From positions 20,405,910 through 20,469,909 of the forward strand of contig NC_134031.1 of assembly GCF_964204645.1 (NCBI RefSeq): DNA of 64,000 bases, given 5' to 3'. Every line of letters begins with the position of its first letter. Position 1 is the first letter of the stretch. A model generated the notes under the pieces. The model did not search any database. It was not told the DNA's origin and worked only from the letters and a program-made list of their open reading frames with translations. Made by a program: the position numbers and the translations under genes. This stretch comes from Tubulanus polymorphus (lineage: Eukaryota; Animalia; Nemertea). Positions 37,601-48,679 of this stretch are shown piece by piece.

Positions 37601-40600
37601 GTATATTGTAACAAAGCTTTCTACTCTATAATAAATCGCCCACAGCATTTACCTCGCTTTATCATCAGTTTGTACGGCACCATACATATCTAAACCATCT
37701 TCAGTTAAAGTACCAGTCTACAATAAGAAGTGTATGATAAGTTTTTGAGAAATGGTTACAGAGTTGTACCAGAAATTCAAAGTCCCTATGAATTTTTGCT
37801 ACGGTCTCCGGTGTCTGGTGCATTAACTTATTTTTCATACATAATTTTACATACCTTATCAAAGCAGACACAGTTGATGGTACCGCATACGTTTATGCTA
37901 CTCGGACTAATACAGAATACGTTCTGCATTGTCAGACGTCTTTGCGCGAAAACTGTGCCGACAGTCAGAGCAGCCGGTAGAGCTGGCGCCACTGTGATCG
38001 TCACTAAGTCCAATCCACGCAATATCATATGACCAATGGTCTCACCTTGTATCGACTACGAATAGAAATATAAAATTCAGGTCGTAGAATATGAATGAAT
38101 TGAACTGTTGATTCCGATCTGCTCAACTACGGTCGGGATATTCAGATGTAAGAAATACAGCTAAGGGCCAGCTAAGCTAACAATCTACATGGATAACTTA
38201 CTGGTACTCAAGAAATGCATTAGTCAGGAAGTTACTATATCGGCTATATTGTCATCCCGTGAGTGTAAATTTAAGGAAGTGTCAACTTACCATGATTATG
38301 ATAGTAAATAAGAATCCCATCGATGCGATGCAGGCAAGAAATCCAACAAATTTATACGTATCTTGATTGAAACGGAAATCGCAAGGTTTCGGGTACAGTA
38401 TAGATCGTACTAGTTCACCTTTAGCCGTCATGAATCCTGCAAAACCATGGAACAACCATGTTCATGAAACAATTCAACAATTCCAGGGACTGATTGTATC
38501 AATTGCACTTTGAATGGGGCACCGGCAACGCCTACTGTGGCAAGCGGAATTCCACCATTATCCGCCGGGTGATCAGAATCAACAATCGGAATGAACGTAC
38601 CGGTTCTCAGAACGACGGCTTTAACTTTCTCGCTGCCGTAGTAACGCGTCTGTATAACCTTCGTACCGCAGAATAGAACGTGCTTCGAATGTTCTTTCAT
38701 GTTGAATTTCAAGTGCGTGTCGACATTTCGAATGTTTGGGTTCGGAAGCGGAGTCTTTGTCACCGGAACGCTTTCACCTAGAAGAAAACAGAAAGTTGTC
38801 ATCAGGGTTCCAGAAGAGTTTGAGGTTTCAAGAGAATTAAGCTGTTAAACTTTCCAATTTTACACACTTAAAGGAGAGCGATGAGGAGAATGATGACGAA
38901 CCTGTTAACATACTCTCATTGACAATACAATTACCACTGATCAGTACTGCATCGCAATGCATAACACATCCATCACGCGGAATCACTATCAGATCACCGG
39001 GTACTAACATATCAGACGGAATATCCATATACTCTGTAAATGAATTCAAGACATTCATTATGAATTATACATCAACCTCTTGAATATCTAATTCAACCCT
39101 AGGGCTTTAACTGCTTATAGTCAAATGAGCTACAACAAGTTCAAGTTAAACGGCTCTTATCAAACCAGCATTTGATATCTAGGCCTATAAGTGCGTACCT
39201 GCAGATCTCAGTACTGTAACTATACTAGACGATTGAATAGTGTTTTTCAGGGCATGCTGCATCTGTTTAGAGAAAAGAAATATAAATCATCAATCTTAGA
39301 GGTCAATCGTTTTTTTCACAATGCTTAATCAACACTGGTAACCCTTAGATCCGATCAGAGTCCAGATAGGTCCATATCCGAACAAAACAAGAAGATCTAA
39401 GACGATTTATGCGTTAAAACCACAACTCTGCAACCAAACCCAGTGAACTTCAGAAGGCGGTGCCTAAATAGTATCAGATTTGACTCCAGAATGAAACTGA
39501 ACTTCAACTCTAGAAAATTTCCAATCTTAAGGTCAAGAAAACTGACCTTTCTTGTTTGGTAAATGCCGGTACTGATCGAGATGATCGATATTAATACTAT
39601 GCACGTAGCGTAGGCTTCATACTCATCGCAATACCACAGAATTATACTAAATATCTGGAATATGTAGAACGGGTTCAATATCTGAAATACGCAAAAAAAT
39701 CAAACAAATTTAATAACAATGAAACATCAGACATTCATCAGACATTCATCATACATTCATCAGACATTCATCAAACATTCATCAGACATTCATCACAGTA
39801 GGAATATTTCATATTATAACATTATACGCTTACATCTTTGAAGAGTAGTTTGATGATGGGTGTGATTTTCACGTCTATGCTGTTACCACCGTACATGAGA
39901 AGCCTGAAGATGAGAATTTCAAACGTTATTCTCGCAAAGAAAAAACTCAAAGATTACACATGAAGGCCCAGTACAGCCAACAGCGAGACTAAACCCTAGG
40001 GAGGGTTCCAAGGCAGTTGAAATAAGTAAATCTGTTAATTCTTAATTACTAAACGAATTTCAATCACACATACAACTAGGATGAGAACTTGATGATACTT
40101 TCTTACTGACCGTTTTTGCTGTTCCCATTGACTTAAACCATCGCTGTTTTCGTGGAAATAATAGCAATTTCGATTATCTTCTAATCCCCTAAAGACAAAG
40201 CAAAAACCATTTGATCAAATTATAATGTATTGCTCAATACCTGCGTATTTGCTCAATTATTCACTTACTTAAGCTTTTCAAATCGGTTTTCCGAACTGTT
40301 CCAAGTATATTTCAACTTCTTATTCATAAAATAACTAATTAACGAATCGTCCTAAAATACAAAACATGAACTGCTTGAATTATTACGGAACAAAATGACA
40401 TTCGATATCATCAATGTCTCAATACTTCAAGTAGAATGTTATTTTCTGATATATAAGAACGTAATCGTGATTAAATGCAGAAAGCAAATACACGATGTAG
40501 CCTATGTTTGACATTTGATCGAGTGCAAATACTCATTACAATTAATTAATCACACTCAGTAATAATGGAGAACTCATTAGTAAAAGAAAAGACAACGGCA

Positions 40601-43600
40601 TAATTGGCAGAAAGTCGATATTTAATATATAGCCTACTACACCACGACAGAGGTTTATAATTCACAAATACATTACACATAGAATAGTATTAGATAAAGT
40701 GTAAATCCTTAAGTACAACAACCTGTAGTGTTAGCATTAAAAAAAAACAAGCCTATCACTAAGCTACAAGCCAAAACTCTCCAGATGGCTTGAATTTCAT
40801 TAAAATACCGAAATCTGGATATAATGCAGCATATGGAGATATAGCATATAAGTGAAACCTTCTTAAAAGAGCATCCCTATTAGACATGTCCTCGTATGAG
40901 CGAACACAAGAGGAGATAATTATCAACCCTTAATGCTACCATTGGCCGTTTTTATCCGATCAAACCCGTTAATTATGCCCTATCCCATTTGAGTGTGAAG
41001 CTTTGCGACATGTTGATATATGGGCGTTTTAAGGAGGTTTCACCATATACATGTTTTACAGAAAAAAGCAAGAACAACGTGAGTCTGAGGCACTCAGCAC
41101 TATGTGAGTCTGAGGCACTCAGCACTACGTGAGTCTGAGGCACTCAGCACTACGTGAGTCTGAGGCACTAAGCAATACGCGAGTCTGAGGCACTCAGCAC
41201 TAGGCAAGTCTGAGGCACTCTGCACTACATGAGTCTGAGGCACTCTGCACTACGTGAGTCTAAGGCACCCTGCACTACGCAAGTCTGAGGCACTAAGCAA
41301 TACGCGAGTCCGAGGACATCAGAGAGCGAATAATAGAATGGAATGTAAAATTCATTAAGAACCAGAACCGACATAAAATAGGGACGCGGGAAATAAGAAT
41401 TTTCTTTTGCGTTTACCCATAACACTCGCTGACTACAATTTTCCAAGTAAAAGAAAATAGAATATTGAACATTGAAAACTAACTACAGCAACAGAACGAC
41501 AAAAAACCAAAATGCCGACAGAAATGTGCAAGGATATGCAGTTGAATACCTCTATAATTACAGAATTGCAAGACAGCAATCGAAAAGAAGCATTCGCTTA
41601 AATGCAAATAATTTTCTGATGGTAAGTTTAACCAGTGGACTAGTCGACTGTACGGTATATCTACTGAACTAAAATACTAGGTTGACACCAATATGTTAGA
41701 TTGGCTTTGGAACCTAAGAGTCTGGTTTCAAATCTTAAGTGATTGGCTACGTAACCAAAGCTAACTATGAATCGTAGAGAGTAAAGATTTAGGCCTATAT
41801 GAAGAAGTGCAAACAAAAGATGGCTGGCAAAATAGTTGCGTTACAAAATATGTTTCGTGACGTTAACACAAATTTGTCCGATTGCGAAAGTAAATGCTCC
41901 TTTTAACCGCGCAGCATGCAAACGGAAAACAGAACACGGAACCACAGAAACATGAGTGAGATATGAACATACATTTTGTGGAAGACGCAGATGATGTAAA
42001 TGATGAAATGGCTGATCGTAAAAATCATCCGATCGACGATGATGATGACTGATTATAAACGGTTCGGTCGGACCGGACTCCGTTGTTGATTCGGGCTCCT
42101 GAAGGTGTCGCTGCAGCTGCGTCCAAACAAACGAAATAATGGTTATGCACGTTTAAATACAAGTCACAAGTTTCCAATGACGAGTCTCGCTGTTTATGTT
42201 TTGAATTGTTGAAAAAAGGCACACGATCGAAAGAAAGGACTATTAATGTATCTCAACATTTCTACTCAAACACTATAAAGCCATTTCAGGGTGACCAATT
42301 AACTTGATCAACACAGTCAAATCAGGAAAAATTGACGGAAACTGTCTGATCATACATGCTATCTAACAATCTCAACAAATTTCCCTGATATTTTAGATTA
42401 TCTTTTCTTTTTTTTTTACAAAATTCCCTATACATTCCCAGGGTTTTATTAAGAAAAGAAAATTCCCTGACATCTTGATTTCCCTGGCTTCTTCTTGAAG
42501 TGGCGCCACCATGCATTTTCATAACAGATTCTATATCCAAAATGGATTGTAAAAATAACTGTTTGGGGAAATGAAATGTTCTGAAAATGGTTCATATGAT
42601 AGCATTAGAGTGGAAACATTACGATACTCGACAAGGCTTTTCTTTTAATCGTGCGACCCTTTTCAATTTGAAGATCAAAACTAACATTCACGACCACTTC
42701 GAACATTGGGAGTGCGCAAAAAATCAATAATAGATCATCCATGTGCGATCGAAGGAGATTATAATAGAGGTATTAATTAGAGAACGTTGTGGTTAAAGAT
42801 AAAAGCATTAACTATATATATTTCTATCCAAATCACTGTGCGATAATCGGAAATATCATTTTCATTCCAATAAATTCATATTTTCTATCGATTCTAATTT
42901 ATCGAAATGTCAAAGTTTTGAAAGAACTGAAGCATTATGTATCCTGAAAAAAATAATATTTTCTCGAGCAACGCATAAAACCTGTGTACGCATACATACC
43001 TTCGAGTTGTTCATAAACTTTCCATTTGAATATTGCTGAAATTTGGTTGATAAATGATACTTTAAATCATGTGCAAAGCGATAGGTTTTAAGAAAATTAA
43101 CATAGCCTAATTGGAAGAAATTTTGTCTAAATCATATCATATTTCAATATGGCAATGTATCGGGGTCAGCAGTTATTAGTGAGGATTTCATAGTTAAAAC
43201 TTCTAAAATGAAATAACTTCACTCACTAACTAACACTGTTCAGCATTTCTCTTTTCAGTAATTTCATCCTTGGGGTAAAAATAATAATTTTTTTCATATA
43301 ATCAAGACTTGTTCTACCAGGCGAAGATTTCGTAAAAAGATGTAGGCCCCTATATATTTTTCTCCACAGAAGCAGCTAAATGTAATGATTGTCTTCAAAA
43401 GCAATTTAAGGTACGCAAAGCTGTTTCTAGGAAAACTTGAATTAAGACCTAGAGCTATTTGATTTCAAAATGTAAAATTAAGTAAAATTGCGACCGACAA
43501 CAATACATAGAATAGGACCTGTTACGTGGTTATGGCAAAAAGAGTTTTTAACTCTGTTATGGATTTCAGATCAGTTATTTTCGAATGTCTAATCGGTTTA

Positions 43601-46600
43601 GAGGGCACAATTACAAAGCACGAAAATGATATACGGGATTGTTCCGGGACAATTGAATAACTACTTCTGTAATCATCAGAAAGCGTTATATAATAGGCCT
43701 ATTAGGCAAGAAAAAAACACAAATCATTTATGAAAGCATTGCAAATGAAATACAATGAAACTGTGTGTACCTTGCTCAGAATGGTGATCTGCGACTGAGT
43801 TTCAACATCGGAATTGAAATACTGCGGACAACAATGAGCCTTTGAACGCATTATTTTCACTCTGGAAGTCAACAGAAGAACAGTCATCGGTTAGAAATAG
43901 AAATACAGTATAAGGGAGGTTCAGGTTATGTTCACTATAGAGGTGTTAGTTTACTGTAGGGAGGTAACATTTTAGATTTTGGGACCAGCGTTCATTTAGG
44001 AAGGTGTTCGTTATAAGGAGGTCTTACTGTATGTACCGGGAAGTACATTCAGAGTGTACAGTTTCACCGGTCGTGTAGTAGACACCTATTTCAGGTACTT
44101 TTTTTTCAAAAAATTACGCCGAACATTATAAACAATTGCTCATAGACAAAAAAAGAGACATCAGTTGTGACACAGCTAGTTTGACTCTATTTTAAATCTA
44201 TTGATGCCGAGCCTTTTTCACGCGCTGATAATTATAAATTCGTACTCTATGAAAGAGGATTAACATCTTATTCATCCTACATTTAATACATAATCTCCCC
44301 ACATACAACATACTGGGAAACAGATGGTTAAGACTAAAACATATTCATTTTCACATGTTTTTTAGTCGATGCAGGTGGGTGTAAATATGTGTACTCTATA
44401 AAGTTCAAAATATGCGAGAAATTCTCTTTTTGAATGAACACGTTTTTTATCGCACATTTCTTTCGGTCAATTCAGGACTTATTGGATAATTTCCAGAATA
44501 GTGGCTTTCATAGATAGATTAGTCTCTATCTAAATTCCTGGCTCAGCAGTTATACAGTCATGACCTAAGTGCAAAGAAGGCTCAAATATCAACACGGGTC
44601 ATTAGTTGATAGATCGGTTATAGAATAAAGATGGTCTCAAGACTGGTTTTAAATCTAGGCCACGACAGCAGCTAGTCCGAGGATCTCACATTGAAACGTA
44701 CCTGGTGCCATCTCGCGTGGTTACAATCACATTCTCCACGAAATATTGTTCGTACTGGTCCTAAAAAAAAACATGGAAATAATCACCACGATAAACAAAG
44801 CACTTCGGAGACCATAGTTCCTACAGATAACAATTCAGAAACGTTGGAGATTTTTTAGTTGAGAAATTGACCGACCTTTAGCAGCACTTTTTCGGCGCAA
44901 TCTAGAGGACATTTCTCGTGCGTGAAATACAGCATCCATTCGGGTTTCCAGTGGAATACTAAACGCAATAAACCGACTGTGAGAACAATGACGATCCACG
45001 TCAGAATACGATACAAACCAGACGATCGAAATCCTTCAATCACCTGAAATATAGTTTAAAAGAAAGAAAGCGATTTATAATCGAGAATTCATCAGCTACT
45101 GTAGGAGTCGCAGCCGCTTTTATTTAACTTTCACCCAGACTATTCCCTGAAATCTACGTTGTTTTCACGAACTTGACCTGCTAAGAATTCGATCAATCAA
45201 ACCTTCAAGACGGACGGAAACTGTTTTATTTTAATGTAACTATCTGAACGAGTTTCCCTACTTTTCAAAGAAAAAAAAAATCCCCTTACTTTTCACTGAT
45301 TTCATGGTAAATGATTTCTAATTTCACCAGGTAAATGGTGCCACCCTGTGCTGTAACAAGTTTTCAAACAATCAAGCACGAAGTGACATTGAAACGAATG
45401 TTACATAGGGCCATCGGAGCAGGTCCGATATGACGACCTCCGGTCTGACAAATAATTACCCAAATCATAATCTAATAAATTTCCACTCAAAAACATATTC
45501 GATCAACATCAGCTGAAGTGTATCATTAAAATGCATCTGAGAGCACCTTATTTTCAACATTTTTCAGCGGAGGTTAACCCCGACTTTTTTAAAACATAAG
45601 TGATCACTTCAAGTAAATGAATTAGGGCAAAACATGTAGAATTTTATGTAGGAAAAGTAGATAATCGAGAATCACATGACAAAATCGCTCTACAAATGAC
45701 TGATGAAAAAGATAACAGATTATTATTTTCGACCTTGCATTTAAGTCTTCAGACATCACAAGATCTAGTAATAAATCATATAGCCTATGAATGAGTGACG
45801 GAACGTCTATTATTTTATCAGAAACAGTTCAAAGTGTTTATAACCTGGAAAGACAAGATGACTTTTAGACACGACGGAACATAACAAGGTTGAATTCAAT
45901 GATTTCTCCAAGGACGGTTATGTTCACATAGTTCACACAAACCCACAATAAGAATGAACATAAGAACGTTATTCGACACATGATGCCATACTACACAGTC
46001 TTAATTGATTAATAGATAAAACCTACAATCAGAAGAAAAACAAGACTATCATAGTAGTTGAACAGGATGGCCATTGTTATACGACTTGACTTGATTTGTT
46101 TTCCCTGATTTTACCTGTTTAGAATAGATTTACACTTACGCAGGCATCTAACTATTTGAACAAATTTCCCAAACTTTTCCCTGATTTTAAGCTTCCAAAA
46201 ATATTTCCATAACTTGACAAATTTTATAAAGGCACGAAAATTCCCCAACTTTTCTCTGATTTCCAGGTAAGTGGCGCCACCCTGTTTATGGACAAAGTAG
46301 GCTATTTTGCCAGGTAAGTTTAGACAGCTGAAATTTATGCGGTTTTTCTTCCTGATCGTGGGTTTTGTTTCATTTCATAATCTCTCCTGCGAGTCTCAAG
46401 CCTATACCTAATACATGTTGGCTATATAAAATCTAACTGTAAGTCAGGTCTGCGATATTACAATCAGGTTTGCATTGAATAAATTAACATAATAAATCGA
46501 CCAAGTCGCATAACTTGAACGTTTTGCGCATTCATTAGTCCGCAGCTTAGTCAGATTGCTTCATAGAAAATTTTCATGAATGTAATTTTTACGAGGCCTA

Positions 46601-47491
46601 CCGTAGTTATAAATAATTTCACAAAGCTCATTCATGACAGCTTAATGGAGGGCTGCAACACAAGAAGTTATCCCACCAGATGGCGTGACGAGCCCTCGGT
46701 CTTACGTTATCAAAATAAGCTCATTTTCGATCAACTTTAAATGAATTTCTCTCCGTAGTAAAATAAAAGACTAATTTCTTCTTACCATTTGATCTTCTTC
46801 ACCGATATTAACATACTGTTTGTTTGGATCGACAGGTGGAGGTCCTTTCTTTACGTTATCCGGAATTTTATTACCTGCGGAAAATCATGAAATTTCGAAA
46901 AATTAGAAAAAAAAAAACAATAAGGTTATTTTTCATGATGGTAAAGGGAGACTCGGGCAATCCCTTAAAATTGGTACACGTGTTCAGCCCGGTGCTATGA
47001 ATTCACGACAAATGAAAACATAGCTTCAATGCGCTCATTTTATTCACACTAATGATTAACATTCAAAAAAGGCCAAAATTTAGTTCGACTTTTGCAATTT
47101 GTCGGATATTTCTACATCAAACTATGTAAAAGGTTAGGTCTGAACATACAGAACTATTGCGTTAGGCCTATAGTTCTATGGTCTGAATACCAAATGACGT
47201 CAACGATGTCCGGTTTGGAAAGAGGAGATTAGCCCTATCTAAATATAATTCATAAAAAGCTCATCCCAAGAAATGATTTCTGACTACAGTTATGGGTATT
47301 TGGGGGTTTACGAGGGTCAGTCCTTTTGTATCAAAATCAGTCAATTAACTTACTTAAATTTGATTGATGATTGAATTTTAAGTGTCGAGCGTCGCCGGAG
47401 AAAAAGCCTTCAATTTTGTATCACAAATATTTCGCAGACGTGAAACAACAATCAACAACAGCATCATCCACTTACCTTTCCTTCTACACAT
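31651..47491 (-). CDS. ATP13A3: P5B-type ATPase, polyamine-transporting (ATP13A3-like), about 32 coding exons
   Basis: Start MCRRKG|NKIPD...[11 protein letters not shown]|VIEGFR. Motifs [41 protein letters not shown]|[43 protein letters not shown] and [10 protein letters not shown]; ends ...DSTQL*. Confidence 0.95.
33669..33795. mobile_element. Harbinger-type MITE (second internal subfamily), CAG TSD
   Basis: GGGCCAGTTGCTCAAAAGTTG / CAACTTTTGAGCAACCGACCC, with CAG on both sides. A degenerate relative lies at ~35258-35328. Confidence 0.7.
34449..34664 (-). mobile_element. Hairpin element with a partly degenerate hammerhead motif, in an ATP13A3 intron
   Basis: ATAGAGAATCCCAC...GTGAGATTCTCTAT termini; minus strand reads TATTC-CTGAAGA-T-GACTATTTAGAATACAGTT-GAAAC-GTC. 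Confidence 0.65.
36517..36651. mobile_element. Harbinger-type MITE with a duplicated right end, CTG TSD
   Basis: GGTCCAGTTCCACAGT ... ACTGTGGAACTGGGTC (present twice), flanked by CTG. A relative lies at ~55670-55764. Confidence 0.65.
39723..39795. repeat. 11-bp tandem repeat (ACATTCATCAG), about 6 copies
   Basis: Direct periodicity. Confidence 0.9.
41078..41314. repeat. 25-bp minisatellite (GTGAGTCTGAGGCACTCAGCACTAC), about 9.5 copies
   Basis: Direct periodicity, in an ATP13A3 intron. Confidence 0.92.
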
Positions 47492-47516
47492 TTTTGCAGT
47501 TTGTTTAGTAGGGACG

Positions 47517-47573
47517 TCAGCTAATATCGTCAATTTTCTGAAGGCACGATCGCTGGCGAAGCAACCATGCCAT
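47517..47573 (-). promoter_or_regulatory. Upstream ORF MAWLLRQRSCLQKIDDIS* in the ATP13A3 5' leader
   Basis: GAAATGG strong start context; 18 codons ending GAC GAT ATT AGC TGA; the stop lies 25 nt before the main ATG at 47491. Inclusion in the mRNA depends on the unknown TSS. Confidence 0.6.
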
Positions 47574-47607
47574 TTCCTCGTTTCATCTATTTACTCCACA
47601 TTAGCTG

Positions 47608-47617
47608 GTCATGTGAC
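47608..47617. promoter_or_regulatory. M-box/CLEAR-like E-box GTCATGTGAC upstream of ATP13A3
   Basis: Matches the MITF/TFEB-type TCATGTGA and differs by one base from GTCACGTGAC; it sits at the 5' end of an endolysosomal gene. Confidence 0.4.
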
Positions 47618-48679
47618 TGCCGAATGTCATTTATTGGGTTCGAATCCCCATTAGGCTTATTCTGCCGAAAATATTTACCCTAACTTTTTTCTTTAAGTCC
47701 TCCGTCGTGTTTTCTGTATCAAAATTTTTCGAAAAAAAATAAAAGGATTTTTAACATTTCTGTCTCAATTTCGGATCTAATTATTTGTAAAGGATTGCTT
47801 AGTTTTATCCATCATTTGTAAGCTTATTCACAATTCGCGCACTTTTTGACTTTTTCCTTACTGTCCAGCAAATTGTATTTTCAAGTTAGAACCAAATTAT
47901 CTTTATCTAGGTAATTTATTCAAAGCGTCCTTCACGGAATATGGCTTCATATATCACACAGTACATCTGGTATTGGCAATAGTAAATCACCTGTATGTCA
48001 ATAAGATTTTTCCAGTCAGATGTAGTTCCTTTTGCCAGCAATCCTTAGAAATGTAAACTATCATCCATTCCACATATGATCATATTGTATGATAAAATGC
48101 ATAAGGCCACAGGCCCATTGCAAAGATACATTCTGTAAGACTGGTACATGACATAAGTCCGTGTAGGCCTTTACATCTAATTGGTCATTTTAACAAGTGG
48201 AATACACCCAATAAATGAAAACACGGCAGGAATCTTTGCAACATGGCCTTGCCCAGGCTGCGATCAGCATCGGCATAAAACAACTAAAAATACTGATGTC
48301 TTATCATAAAAAAATCTTGTATTTCAATGAATATTATTGAAGGAGAGCATAAATACAAATAAAACTTTGTTAAATATTCACATTATCGATTTGATGATAT
48401 TAAGAATAGATTCGACACAACTGTCTGATGATGACATGGTAGTCAAAATCCACACAAGTAAAAACATGCAAAACGCATTACTGAACATGATGTAACTATT
48501 GAAGTGAAATGCATTCCATGATGTAACTTATATCGTCTGTCTTGTTTAACACAAATCAGCAAACAGCAACTTTTCCGTCCGTCAGATGTGATAGTGGTAT
48601 GGCGTTTCCGTCTGTCAGGAGATGTGATTGGCTAATGTTTAGTGGTACGACGTTTCCGTCTGTCAGGAGATGTGATTGG

